Assembly (NCBI GenBank): GCA_964247055.1 | Contig: OZ176054.1 | Coordinates: forward strand, 9,858,001 to 9,922,000 | Origin: Paragordius varius | Taxonomy: Eukaryota; Animalia; Nematomorpha | Reading direction: 5' to 3' | DNA: 64,000 bases | Shown here: positions 39,309-51,633 of the stretch, in pieces | Layout of the letters: each line of letters starts with the position of its first letter | Numbering within the stretch: the stretch's first letter is position 1 | Position numbers and translations under genes: made by a program | Notes under the pieces: generated by a model | Seen by the model: the letters and a program-made list of their open reading frames with translations, nothing else | Told to the model about the DNA's origin: nothing | Databases searched by the model: none

Positions 39309-39603
39309 CAGGAGTGTTTCCAACACGCGTTCCGCGGTGTGCAGCCCGTTGAAAATTTAAAAATTCACAATTTTCAAATATATTCTCACAATATCTTAGC
39401 ATAATCCATATTTATTGAAAAATTACTAAATAAGTCTATCCAATTGGCTAGAATTAGAAAATAATTGTAATATTGCGTTGGCATTTTGAAATCTTATGTT
39501 AGAAATTTAATAAATTATTTATGAACGCCAACATATATTTTGAATGCGGCCCGTCGATTTTTTGGGGTCAGTCGGCCTGCGAAATCATTTGTGGAGACCC
39601 CTG
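39309..39603. mobile_element. 295-bp hAT (Charlie-like) MITE with 8-bp TSD atct(t/a)gaa
   Basis: caggagtgtttccaac...gtggagacccctg, flanked by atcttgaa (39301-39308) and atctagaa (39604-39611), matching the NTCTAGAN target preference. Confidence 0.8.
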
Positions 39604-39694
39604 ATCTAGAAGTATATTAAAAGCTTCATTCGATAGATCAAATGGATCTATTTTATTTAATAGGAAAATATATGCTGTTAATACAACCGTAAAA

Positions 39695-39930
39695 CTATTG
39701 TATATTATCAATAATTTGTAGACCTGGGTTGGGAACATCAATTTTAATAATAATGGAATCATCAGTTTGATTTACGATGGTTGATGTAACATTGTCAAGA
39801 AAAATTTCTTTGCCAGCTAAAATATTATATTATTTAAGAATTTTACCATTTGGCGCCTTTATTGTCGTTTCTATTTTAAGTAATTATAATAAAAAGATTA
39901 CCTCCAGGTTCGGAGGGCTTTACAGGGATT
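39695..39930 (-). CDS. Candidate microexon chain (39930-39902, 39870-39847, 39816-39695): IPVKPSEPG|ETTIKAPN|AGKEIFLDNVTSTIVNQTDDSIIIKIDVPNPGLQIIDNIQ*
   Basis: 31- and 30-nt GT-AG introns join the pieces in frame. The last exon resembles an FN3 N-terminus but ends in TAG with no strong donor. Confidence 0.5.
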
Positions 39931-40185
39931 CTAAAAATAAAACTTGTTCCTAATATTTATGAAAAAACTTTACCATTGCTCTTATCTATATAAAATATTT
40001 GGTCATCATTTATAAATATTTTAGTACAAATTTATTTTGAACAAAGTATTGCACCAGCAGATAAAACCCCCAAAAAATATATTGCGTAGGCCACCAACAA
40101 CACCCAATATATCCCGAGCAAATATAGAAATAAATTATTTATTTAAAAAACACAAGGTTTTCAAGACACTTATATTCATTAATAA

Positions 40186-41310
40186 CACTAGTCGACAAAT
40201 TTGGACATTTTTAAGCACCACCACTCAAACTTTTTAAATTATGAATAATTTCAGTGTTTTAAAACCGAATGTGAAAAAAATTTTGATCCCGCCAATCAGA
40301 ATTTTGAAATTTTATAGGTTTTTCAATTTTTCAAAAACAAGTGAAAATCGAGAGAAAATTAAATATAACTTTATAATAAAATGTTATTATATTATGAACT
40401 TAATATCATTTAATAAAGCGTTTTAAACTCTATCTTTTGAATATAAATATGTCATTTAAATATCAGAGAGAAAAAAATAGTACGGACTTAAACGTCAAAA
40501 TTTAGTCTTTTTTTTCAAGTAAATTTTTAACACATATAAATTTTTTTTAAAAAATACTAAAAAAGGCATTCTATGGTTTAAACCTCGGCTTTCAGAAAGG
40601 CTATATTTTTTTGTTAGATTTCGTTCTTTCGAGTACTTATTATACTTTTTCTCTTGAGTTGGTTCTTATAAAAAATCCTTAATTTATACCTAGTGGATAT
40701 ACCTTATTTTCTTAAAATTATTGGTTGTTTTGTATTTTGAATTTCAGATGGATGTTGTGTAGCCACTTTTAGTAGAATTTACTGTTATGGGGTTGGACCA
40801 TTTGTATTTACCTAATTTATATTCAATATAATTGTAGAATTTATCTAACTTTATTCTGTGAATTGGTTAATTTGACATGTCAATTTGCCTGGATTTTGCT
40901 TGCAAGTCTCTCTTATCAGGCTTTATGATGACTTATAGTTATCTTTGCCATATCTGGCATAATTATATCACTTGGGGGATATGCAGAGCTTGTGCAGCCG
41001 CCCATATCTATCACAATAAGCCCCTTTTAGATTTTTAATACTTTGGCTCTTAGCTTGTTTAGTATCTTATTTAATGCCTAGAATTTGTTATCATGCATGG
41101 AATATTACTTGTAACTTGCTTGTTTGAATATTTAAACATATGTACACGAGGAATGATTGTTATTTTTGAATTAAATACAATTTTAAAAATTAAATTTTGG
41201 AAAAATCCTATTGGTGGCCTCAATTTTCTTTTTTGTTTTGGCCTTTCCATGCCATTAGGTATCAGAAAATGCAAAAATAATGGGGTGGTGCAAAACTTTG
41301 TTGGCAGTGT
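40186..41310 (+). repeat. ~1.1-kb dispersed duplication copy B (paralog 16640-17735)
   Basis: Collinear with copy A and starts at the same cactagtcgac terminus. Confidence 0.9.
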
Positions 41311-42136
41311 AATTTGAACTACAATCAACAAATCAGGATCTCTTTGTTGTTGTTTGTAACTATTTTTTGATATGGGTAAAATGGATTACGCTTAATAACC
41401 CCCAATTATGCAAAAGTAGCCCAGTGTAAAATCAACACCTCGCCTTGTAGATTTAAGACATATCTTGGATTAGATCGACATTTTATAAGTTAAAAACTAA
41501 AAATGTTTTTAAGTTAGGAATATTGAATTCAAGAAGTTGGATTCGAAAATATATATGGATATATAACAAAATAGGTCATGAATTAAAATGAGTTGTGAAC
41601 CACATATGGGGGTTAAAGAGAGTTAAAGAGCAGTCTGTTTCAACGGTAAAACTATAAATTATTTTAAAATGATAAACTAAGAAATTTATAATAATTAACA
41701 ATAATGCGTATAATTTATATAATAGGAGTGCATTTTTGTAATATATATTCTGATATCAACTTTAATATAAATATTATGTTTTCGTAAATACCTTCAGTAT
41801 TGGTAATTAACCCATGATTGGTATCTGAAAAAATAAAAAATATAATTACAGTATAAATGAAATTAGCTGCTTAATTTAATTTATTCAAATTGCAATTTAT
41901 ACGGGAACGTTAAAAGCTAATCAGCGGTCGATCCGCTATGTAGAACATATCTGAAAATTTTTGGTAATTTTATATAATTATTTAAATGAATTTATATTAT
42001 GTGAACAAATATTTAAATGATTTTGTTGGTACAAGGCGGCTGTTATATTTTCAAATATCTTATTAACCCATTATATATAAAAAATAAAAACCAATTCGTA
42101 TTCATTATTCACTTTTACCGACGTTGATATACTTAC

Positions 42137-42243
42137 TTGAAAAAGAATATCCTTTCGAAGCTATAATACTTCCAATTATCCCTATTAATTATATTTTTTG
42201 ATACGTCCTATGGTTGAGCCCAATATCCCTCCAAAAACAATGC
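42137..42243 (-). CDS. Candidate transmembrane-segment exons (42243-42205, 42181-42137): GIVFGGILGSTIG|RIIGSIIASKGYSFS
   Basis: Two symmetric phase-1 exons (39 and 45 nt), a 23-nt GT-AG intron and a GTAAGT final donor. Hydrophobic and Gly-rich, but with an Arg at the junction. Confidence 0.4.
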
Positions 42244-42566
42244 CTGTTTATTTGAAAAAAATAATTTATATCGATTGTAAAATAATTACCTTTCCCGACT
42301 GTTATTAATACCAAATTAGAACATATTATATTTATATATAGTTATAATTAAAATTATAAAACAAAATGTAAAAACTAATAGACAAATATTTTTGAAAAAA
42401 TCAGCTTATTATATCTTATATATTTGTATATAATGTATGGGTAGCGTAGATAATTTAAGTAAAGGACTCTCAATTCAATACTTAACTAGTATCAAATATT
42501 TGTCTGTTTTTTAAGTTTTGTCTTTATACTTATAATCCTTTTAATATTTGAAATTATTAACCATAC

Positions 42567-42708
42567 CGATTGCCGTTTTGACTAAAATGATAAATAACAA
42601 ATTAAGTATTGATGAACAGAAGACAATTATTTTAAAATTAAATACCGCCAATAGCTGTTTTTATAGCACTTTTTAATGTGTTTGGGACATGGGAAGTCAA
42701 TTTTGATC
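42567..42708 (-). CDS. Candidate phase-1 exons 42708-42646 (GSKLTSHVPNTLKSAIKTAIG) and 42581-42567 (VKTAI)
   Basis: 63- and 15-nt symmetric exons with GT-AG borders and a 64-nt intron. Confidence 0.4.
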
Positions 42709-43210
42709 CTGAACAGATATAGTTTATTAAAATATATATTTATTTATTATCACTTATATATTGAAATATATATTATATATATACAATAACCCTTTATTGT
42801 TGGCGAATTTACATTATTTTCAAGGCATGGATATGTAATTATATTAACGCTTTAACCAACACCAGTATAACATGTTAACTTTTTTCTTATTCAATATATT
42901 TAGATAATATTATAAAATTCACCATTTTAATACATATTTTAATTATAAAAAATATGGTTAATTTAGCTTTTGTTTTTTATATCTCTCCTTTATAGATTTT
43001 GACTCTCATTTTTGATCCCTTCCATTTATTTAATACTATTTTTTTAACTTTGGATAGACCCAAATTTCCGTGTAAATATATATATTGTGCCGAATTCGGG
43101 ACACATATGCAGTTTTTAATATTTTACTATTTTTGAGTAAAATATACCACTATACATAAGATAAAGCCCCCTAGATTTATAGTTGCCATCTGTTATCCAA
43201 TATTTCAAAA

Positions 43211-44047
43211 TACCCCGTTCTGGATCAAGTGTTTCGTTTGGGACTTCTTGTATTGGTTTGCGATTTGTATTTGATGCCCCAGCTAATGTAAAAAATTTAA
43301 AATCTTAACATAAAATTTTTGGCGCAATATTTAATATTACCCCGTTTTGGATCAAGTTTTTCGCCTGGGACTTCTTGTTTTGGTTCGCTTGTATTCAATG
43401 TCCCCGCTAATGTAAAAAATTTGAAATCTTAACATAAAATTTTTGGCGCAATATTTCACAATATTACCCCGTTCTAAATCAAGTTTTTGGCGTGGGACTT
43501 CTTGTTTTGGTTCACTTGTATTCGATGTCCCCGCTAATGTAAAAAATTTGAAATCTTAACATAAAATCTTTGGCGCAATATTTCACAATATTACCCCGTT
43601 CTGGATCAAGTTTTTCGCCTGGGACTTTTTGTTTTGGTTCGCTTGTATTCAATGTCCTCGCTAATGTAAAAAATTTAAAATCTTAACATAAAATTTTTGG
43701 CGCAATATTTCACAATATTACCCCGTTCTGGATCAAGTTTTTCGCGTGGAATTTCTTGTTTTGGTTCACTTGTATTCGATCTCCCCGCTAAGGTAAAAAA
43801 TTGTAATCTTAACATAAAATTTGTGGCGCAATATTTCACAATATTACCCCGTTCTGGATCAAGTGTTTCGCCTGGGACTTCTTGCTTTGGTTCGCTTGTA
43901 TTCGATGTCCCTGCTAATGTAAAAAATTTGAAATCTTAACATAAAATTTGTGGCGCAATATTTCACAATATTACCCCGTTCTCGATCAAGTGTTTCGTCT
44001 GGGACTTCTTGTTTTGGTTCGCTTGTATTCGATGTCCCTGCTAATGT
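43211..44047. repeat. 127-bp tandem repeat, ~6.6 units (the exon+intron module)
   Basis: taccccg recurs at 43211, 43338, 43465, 43592, 43719, 43845 and 43972. Confidence 0.97.
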
Positions 44048-44155
44048 AAATAACAAATTGATTCATACAAGCCTCTTGTTCACCTGTCAATATGGGGTTA
44101 TCCGCATCTAAGTTTAGTTCTTTTTCGTTTAGTATATTGGGCATATTATATAATT
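43214..44155 (-). CDS. Tandem exon array: seven 66/69-nt phase-1 exons (consensus AGTSNTSEPKQEVPGEKLDPER) preceded by exon 44155-44069 (LYNMPNILNEKELNLDADNPILTGEQEA)
   Basis: Exons 44040-43975, 43913-43848, 43787-43722, 43660-43595, 43533-43468, 43406-43341 and 43282-43214. Each is flanked by tag and gta, all are open, and the introns are 58-61 nt plus one of 28 nt. Confidence 0.8.
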
Positions 44156-44499
44156 CTAAGAATATTGAAATAAATTGAGGTAAAATAATTTCGGCTATTT
44201 ATTGATGTTTTTTTAAGCAGAGAATAACGAATATAATGGAAATTATCAAAAGATACCGGATTGCATTCCTTCAATCTCTAAATGTTAGAAAGAGTTATTT
44301 TAACAACTTTTCAAAGTTATAATTTTGTTACCAAAGTAAATTTGACAACAGTTATATTTAACTTAAGCACTCTTGAAAAGTTATTGAATTGTGATCCTAA
44401 TTTGAAGATATTTAAAGAAACAATTCAAATTTTTGGGGATCTCAAAAATTGAGTTATTTTTAATTTATTAAAAAACCTTAAAATTTTTACTACTTCCCA

Positions 44500-45500
44500 A
44501 TTAATCTATATATTTATAAAAATGGAAAATGCTGGCTTTGTGATCTGGTACAGGAAAACCGGTAAACCCATTCAAATCCAAACTTCGAAAAAATATAATC
44601 ATTAATGAATGCCCCGACAATAGCTTCGCTCTTTTTTTGAAATAGGCCCCCAGTTCGGGCCCACCCCGTGTGAAAAATGGGTTTTTTTTGAAAACACAAG
44701 TCCACAAAAATCGTGTCTTTGAGACAATTTTCCTGAGAACGTGTTTGACCATTCAATTTCAAATATGATTTTTGTTTACTTATTTTCGATTGCGCCGAAC
44801 ATAGTCGTCTCGCTTTTTTGATTTAGGCCCGCTTTTTACCCGCTCCCCCCGTAAAATGCATTTTTTTTCAAAAAACAAAGTCCACAAAAATAATTTTTTA
44901 AATCTATTTTTCGCCCTAGGTATGAGACCGTAAAAATTCAATATGGATTCCACGTATTCCCTGTTAAAAGGCAAAAATAGCTGCTGGGTAGGGAGCTACC
45001 CGCTAAAAACTGATTCCTCATGTAACTTTGTGATCTGGTACAGGAAAACCGGTAGACCCATTCAAATCCAAACTTCGAAAAAATATAATCATTAATGAAT
45101 GCCCCGACAATAGCTTCTCCTTTTTTTGAAATAGGCCCCCAGTTCGGGCCCACCCCGTGTGTAAAATGGGTTAAGTCAATTTTTTGAAGAACGTGTTGGA
45201 CCATTCAATTTCAAATATGATTTTTGTTTACTTATTTTTGATCGCGCTGAACAGAGTCGACTGACTTTTTTGATTTAGGCCCTCTTTTACCCGCTACCCA
45301 CGTAAAATGGAAAAAAAAACAAAGTCCACAAAAATAATTTTGATTGTATTTTTTGCCCAAGGTATGAGACTGTAAAAATTCAACTTTTTCGTATTCCCTG
45401 TTAAAAGGCAAAAATTTTAGTCAAGCGTTTCTTTGATGATAGCTGCTGAGTTAGGAGTTTCTATCATATGTATAAATATTTTTTTTAAATCTATTTTTTC
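44500..45500 (+). repeat. Interspersed repeat with internal tandem duplication (44515-44990 and 45030-45460); same family as 1160-2460
   Basis: The block ctttgtgatctggtacaggaaaaccgg...ccccagttcgggcccacccc occurs twice here and also at 2.1-2.3 kb. Confidence 0.8.
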
Positions 45501-46011
45501 CCCAAGTAAACAATAAATGTATGAATGCACCGTTGTAAAATTCCTATGAGATCATAGCTATTAAATAATGTTTCGAAATAATCCACATATGTGGATCATT
45601 TTATTGTCCCTTTTTTTAAATAACCCCCCTCCAGAAGTCCGAAGGACTTCCTCGGGCAGCACGAGATTTACGATACTTTACAATAAAACACAAAAAAATA
45701 TAATTTCCCAAAACTGTATTTAGTTGATTATTTGGTCATAATTTTAAATGGGTTTCACCTTTAATTACCTGGATAAAAATAATCCGGTTCATCACCTAGA
45801 AAATTTTGTTAATGAGTAATTGGTTTACTTATGTTATCGACCCAATCATCCATATCCGCTGTAAAATATATAATTTAATATTAATACCGCCTGCGTTATA
45901 TGAATCCATAAGTTCTAAAATTATAAAATATATATGGATTTAGTTAATCAGATTAGGGTCCGCTTTGATGTGTTAAAAATTTAAATGGTTTAAAAGAAAA
46001 ATTAAAACATA

Positions 46012-46284
46012 TAAAAACGCAACAAATTAAAATGTTAATATTAAACATATTATGGAGATTCTTTTCCTTAGCCTACCTTTGCAATTAGAAGTTATAGTAC
46101 TTCCTATCAAGTAATAGGTGGTTTTATGAAACGAAAATTTAAAGTGACAGTGTTTACTGCTTGTCATAGTAGACGCGTTTCCCACCTATTGTTTAAGAAG
46201 TACTATAACTTCTAATTGCAAAGGTAGGCTAAAGAAAATAATCCCCATAATATGTTTAATATTAACTATTAAGATGGCGTTTTA
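46012..46284. repeat. Near-perfect long hairpin or MITE (~120-bp arms)
   Basis: ttagcctacctttgcaattagaagttatagtacttc is matched exactly by its reverse complement at ~46197-46232, and the flanking arms extend imperfectly. Confidence 0.85.
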
Positions 46285-46384
46285 ACCAAAACTTTTGTGG
46301 TATTATAACTTAAGATGTTGTTTAAAATTTTTTGGTTCCATATGTTGGAAATTTTTATATTAGTCATATATTAATATACCCTTA

Positions 46385-48065
46385 TTCATGCAAAAACAAC
46401 ATTTTTACAATCAAACACAACATTTTTTTAAGTAAACGCAACATGTTTTAACCAAAGACAACATATTAACAATTTTTCTTATTTTATGTCAATTTAATTA
46501 TTAAGTATTTATTGATAGTCAAAGTATTTAATTTTAGCGTTGAGTTGGGATTTTTAAGAATCCAATATTTGACGGTAAATTGTGATTTCAAACATTTTAA
46601 GTTTGCTTATAAATTGCATCATTTATTTATAATTATTTTTTCTTTTATACCATTTGACTTCCAGAGTGTCCTTTAACACTTCAAGTTGCTTCTAGAACAT
46701 TTCATGGTCCTTAAGAACTTCAAGTTGGCCCTTAACACTTCAAGTGAGTCCTTGAACATTTCAAGATGGTCCTTTGATTTTTTTGTATTGATTTTAACTT
46801 TTATCAATCAAATCGTATTCATTCATATATATCGTTTTCAACCTATTTTTATTATTTACATAAATTTAAAATAATATAAACTTTAATCATTGAGAAACCA
46901 AATATCTTTAATGATTTAAAAACTATTTTGGATATTTATAAGATTTTAACACGTAATTAAATATGTAAGTTTTCTGGGTTATTATACAATTTACATTAAA
47001 AACATTTAAAAGTTAATAATTTTTTTAAATTGGAAAAAAAAGTCTGAAACAAAAAAGTAGTTTCTGAACAAAATTTTTATTTTTAATTGATGAAAAAATT
47101 AGGTTAAAAAAATAAATGAAAAACATATGCACACATAAGTTTAAATAAAATTTTAACATTTTAAGGACCTACTTGAAGTGTTCAAGCACCAATTTGAAGT
47201 GTTCAAGGTCCAACTTAAACACAAGTTGGTGCTTGAAATAAGGACCAACTTAAAGTGTTCAGGGACAAACTTGAAGTGTTCAAGGACAGTCTTGAAGTGC
47301 AAATGGTATACAACTTTAGTTTCACCAATAATCAAATTATGCAATTTGCGTTTCAATAGTGTCCTTGTAAATTTAAAGTTCTGTTAGCATACAACTTTTT
47401 ATATTTAATTATCTATTTTTTAAACCTAATATCTTTATTTATTATTTTTTCATTCAAAAAATATATTTTCATAGTAAAAACGTTATATATTTGGTTTAAA
47501 CTAAATTTCTTAAATTAAATAAATATCCACATATAAATATTTTAACTAACACACAAAATTTGATATTTTTAAATATAGATAAAAATTTATAGATAATAAT
47601 AAGGATATACGGTTATTATGAAAAAAAAGTTGGTGTTCATACAATGGTTTAGGTTTAATATAGAGAATAGGTAATAATGATAGGATATATGAAAATTTTA
47701 TTGCTGCATTAATAAAAGTTATAACTTAAAATATTTAAGCAATTGATTTTGGGTGATATTAAAGTTGCAAAAGAAAAAAATAATCAATATAAATTAATAA
47801 TGGAAATTATGAGCCAAATAAAAATGTTTGAAAATCAATCAATTTACCGTCAAATATTAATTGTATTAAAAATTACAATTCAACAATAAAAGTAAATGCA
47901 TTAACTTAAATAAAATAAATAATAATAAATTGCCATTAAATAAATAAATTGTTATTAATTAAAAAAAATGTTGTTTTTACTTGAAAATATGTCTTTGGTG
48001 GATAGAATGTTGCGTTTGGATGAAAAATATTGCGTGTGATTGAAAAATGTTGTTTTTGCATGAAA
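46385..48065. mobile_element. Degenerate foldback element (arms ~46385-46605 and ~47820-48065, with ~22-bp subterminal repeats)
   Basis: catgcaaaaacaacattttt...gacggtaaattg is the inverse of caatttaccgtc...aaaaatgttgtttttgcatg. Confidence 0.65.
46648..47308. mobile_element. Foldback-type MITE, TACCATTT termini, TA flanks, nested in 46385-48065
   Basis: ta|taccatttg...caaatggta|ta, with multiple acttcaagttggtccttgaac repeats at both ends in inverted orientation. Confidence 0.85.
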
Positions 48066-49661
48066 AATGATATAATATAATAAAACCCATATCTGGCAAA
48101 ATACGTTTATGATTTCTAAGTTTTTTTACCTAGTGATAAAATATATATTTATCAAAAACTCTCAAAATTGTCGTGCATTCATAGCAAAATTAAATTTAAT
48201 TTGTTCAATGACATAAAAAATCAATTTTAATGATGTTTAAACTGTTTTTATTCTCAAACACCTAATAGAGCACAATGATTTTAAATAAAAATTGTATAAC
48301 TCTATACTTATCATATCTTGATCGAGACAAATAATTTGGATTTTTCAACTTTGTTTCTTAAAATATTATAGTTTAAAATTTTAATAAAGCTTTAAAAATA
48401 TACTATTATTTGATATATTGAGGCTTCGATAAACTTTATTAGGATTACCAAAAAAATATTTAATTTTCGTGATAAAAGGTATGTTGAGGGTTGGAATACC
48501 TGGAAATCTTACGCTTATGATACATACTTGGTAACGAAAAAAGCGAAATCGATATATTGAAACTGATTTTTTAGTAATTGATCTAGAGTTTAATAAAAAA
48601 ATATGATTTCAAACAGAGACTAACGGATATTAACTAGCAGTTAGCAATTATTTTAAGGGACACCTATGAATTAAAGAATTTACGAAATACCACTTCATTA
48701 TAATTTTTTTATGTAAAACAATTTATACTTTTGATTTGCAGTCATTGACGTTTAAAGTCTGCGTTTTTTAAATAATTCATTAAATATATAATTTGTAAAT
48801 AATACCTTGATATTCATTTTCTTGATCTAATCATATTTTATTAAAAAAGCATTATTTTGGCCTTAAAATTGATAAATTTGTCTAATATTCGTTTATACAT
48901 TAATCTGTGTAAATTTATTATTATAATAATATAAATAAAGGTTGAGAAGCAATACAAAAAAACTATAAAATTAAATTATCATAATAAGTATTTGTCGATT
49001 GGAAAAAAAATGTAAACTCATATGTAATGCAAAAGCAGAATATATAATATTTTTATTAACATAGTTTTTTTATTCTTAAATATTCAACTCAAGAATGGTG
49101 CAGATACCAGATGTAGTTATAAGTACCGGTTTTATTTAAAATGAAATTTTTAAAGTAAAAAATTATTTATGAAAATATACACCAAAGCTACACATCCAGT
49201 TCAATATTTCACATATTATTTGGCGATATTTGATGTTGCTTCTGATATCATTTTTGCTCATAAATTAGTTGTCTTAAAAATATGTTGTCAAGTTTGAGTA
49301 TCAATCAATTACTTGCACTTAAGCGTGTTAGAAGACGGAGCGCCCATACTTTACATATCCCAACTTTTAATATTAACCTCGCATGTGTTAGTGATCAGCA
49401 TGTTAAACATTTGTAATATAGCAATCCATACTATAAACGCTTTTTTTAGCCATGAAATTTGACCTAATTACCCAATGTTCATTTAAACTCCAGTTTTTGT
49501 TGAACCATTTTGTTTGTGTTTGTCGTAATATCAGATTTAAAATGGTGTCTGTTATAAATTAGTAGTCAACCTATTTTTCCCTTTCGTCACTCTTATAGAG
49601 GATTTATGACTACACCTGATACCGCGATTATAATAATAAGCTATCTTTTTGTAATTTTTAC

Positions 49662-49820
49662 CCCAATTTACTGGCGGGTTTAATAAAACATCATCAATGT
49701 CAGCATTGAGAGATCCGGGGAAATGCCAACCAGGATTCTTATCTATTATAACTTCGACACCTTTTATGAATATCCCTAAGTCTTCTTCATTTTCGGGTTT
49801 GACATTCTCAATCTCTAAAC
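49662..49820 (-). CDS. Candidate 159-nt phase-1 exon GLEIENVKPENEEDLGIFIKGVEVIIDKNPGWHFPGSLNADIDDVLLNPPVNW
   Basis: Bounded by ttaag and GTAAAA; 53 open codons in a GC-richer island. It starts GLxIxN like the 7903 exon. Confidence 0.55.
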
Positions 49821-51322
49821 CTTAACATGGGATGCATGAAAATCATGTTAAATGGTTTTAGTTAATATAATTAATATTATTAAAAAATATTCATTGGTAT
49901 AAATTTAAGTGATTAATTCCCCAAATATGTATAATTTTATGAAATAAGTTAGATAGCTCACAATATAAATAATCCATAAAATGAAAAATAAATATGTTTA
50001 AGTCTCTCGTCGAAGATAATTTCACATAATTTCCTAAGATAACTGTTCTGGCTACAAATTTCAAAAATTATTGGTTTACAGTTTTATCTCAGATACTATT
50101 GTCACTGTTTGTGTTTATATATAGCTTAGTTAATTAGATTTATTTAGATCTAGTTAATCATTTAAATAATTATAAACTCTTTTAAAAAATTATGTAAACA
50201 TTGAAAAAGATTCCTTATACATACACTTTTATTTTATCGTATTCGTTTATAATATTTAAAAAAACTAAAGACACACTATGAATTATTATTTTTATAATTA
50301 GTAGTTTATATATTCATAATAAGATATTTTTATAATCTATCTCATAAATAATATAATATATATTTGATAATAATACTAACATTATGAATAATATATGTTT
50401 TTTACCCAACTCATTTATAGCATCCTTATCCGGGGGAAAAAAATTTTCTAAATATATACACAAAATATTACCTTTGAAATTGATTTAATACCCAGAGCTT
50501 ATTAACTTAAAATTCCAAAATCATCTATAATTTTGAACCAAATTTAAAATGAAAAAAAATCATCCTCTGATTACAGCCAATATTTTATCTAAAAATTTCT
50601 TATCTCATAAAACATATGCACAGATTAAATTTACTGCAAACATATAAAAGTTCAATACAGCAAATACTTGTTATAATCATTTGTTTGTTCCAGTTAATCA
50701 ATAATTATTTTAGATTATGCAAATTATAAAACTGAAAATTAATTTTATCCAACAATTATTATAATTTATTGAGAAGTAGCTAGTTTTTCAGCAATTACCA
50801 ATTTTATAGTGTATTGTATACTACTATCAGCTAATAATAGTGCTGTTTCTCTTAACACTATATGGCATTAAAAAAAGTAATTTATTTAAATACACCCTTA
50901 TTTGATATTTATTTAGTGTAGTTAAAAAAATTAAAGCTCTGGGATCAAGCACCAAATATATTTATAGTGTCTAATTAAGTTCTAAATGAATAAACAAAAA
51001 ACTTACCTAAACCTAAAATTAATACATAATGTAAAAGGTAAATTTAGAGTAAGCGTTTATAAACACAGTGCATCCGATTTTTTTTAAAAATTTATATTTT
51101 CTGAAAAATTGTATCAAGATTCTCATGGTTATTTTTTTGCTGAGGAGTCATTTTAAATTATATCCACTTTTGTTACACATTTTAAAATAATCATACATTA
51201 TGTTGTATAAACTTTTTTCCTCCAAACCAAAATATTTTGTTGGTCTATTATAGATATAAAAATGATTAATAATTTTAATTATGTAATAGAGGCGCTGAAA
51301 GTTACAAACATACCTTACAAAA

Positions 51323-51612
51323 TGTTAAAAGGGTTATTATCATATACAAATTATCCTTCTCTTTTTTAGTGCATAATACACTTTTGGCCTTGTTCCGTTA
51401 AAAATATATATTAACTTGGTTGTGAATGCAAATTATTTTATTTATACTTATTATCTTTAACAACGTTTAAATCAGACAACTTTATCCTTGTGAATGCAAT
51501 AACCAAATTTCATAATATATATAAGGAATCATTGTGACACGCAGATCATAATATATTATTCAGTTTTATTGTTATACTAAATAAATAAATATATCCTTTA
51601 TAATTTATATTA
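51323..51612 (+). repeat. 5' LTR (290 bp)
   Basis: TGTTAAAA...TATATTA; about 17 differences from the 3' LTR by manual comparison. Confidence 0.95.
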
Positions 51613-51614
51613 AC

Positions 51615-51624
51615 TGGCGCGGCT
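51615..51624 (+). promoter_or_regulatory. Primer-binding site TGGCGCGGCT
   Basis: Begins 2 nt after the 5' LTR with TGG, complementary to tRNA CCA. The TGGCG start is typical of tRNA-Ser primers; tRNA identity not verified. Confidence 0.7.
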
Positions 51625-51633
51625 ATTGAGGCT

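Noticed and set aside
43148-43213. Exon immediately after the repeat array (24-nt intron vs read-through vs alternative acceptor)
   Set aside because: Three mutually exclusive open interpretations; the sequence alone cannot decide.
43211-44047. CRISPR-like interpretation of the 127-bp repeat (and of the 21-22-bp repeats at 2.6, 20.3 and 47.2 kb)
   Set aside because: No unique spacers, whole units are homologous, the context is eukaryotic and there are no cas genes.
43697-44056. ORF-track ORFs 43697-43939 (+) and 43859-44056 (-)
   Set aside because: One is the antisense frame and the other an intron read-through of the exon array; the spliced minus-strand model explains all seven units.
44501-45204. 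Four minus-strand ORFs of 64-88 aa
   Set aside because: They lie in an interspersed repeat whose copies differ by frameshifting indels; no motifs.
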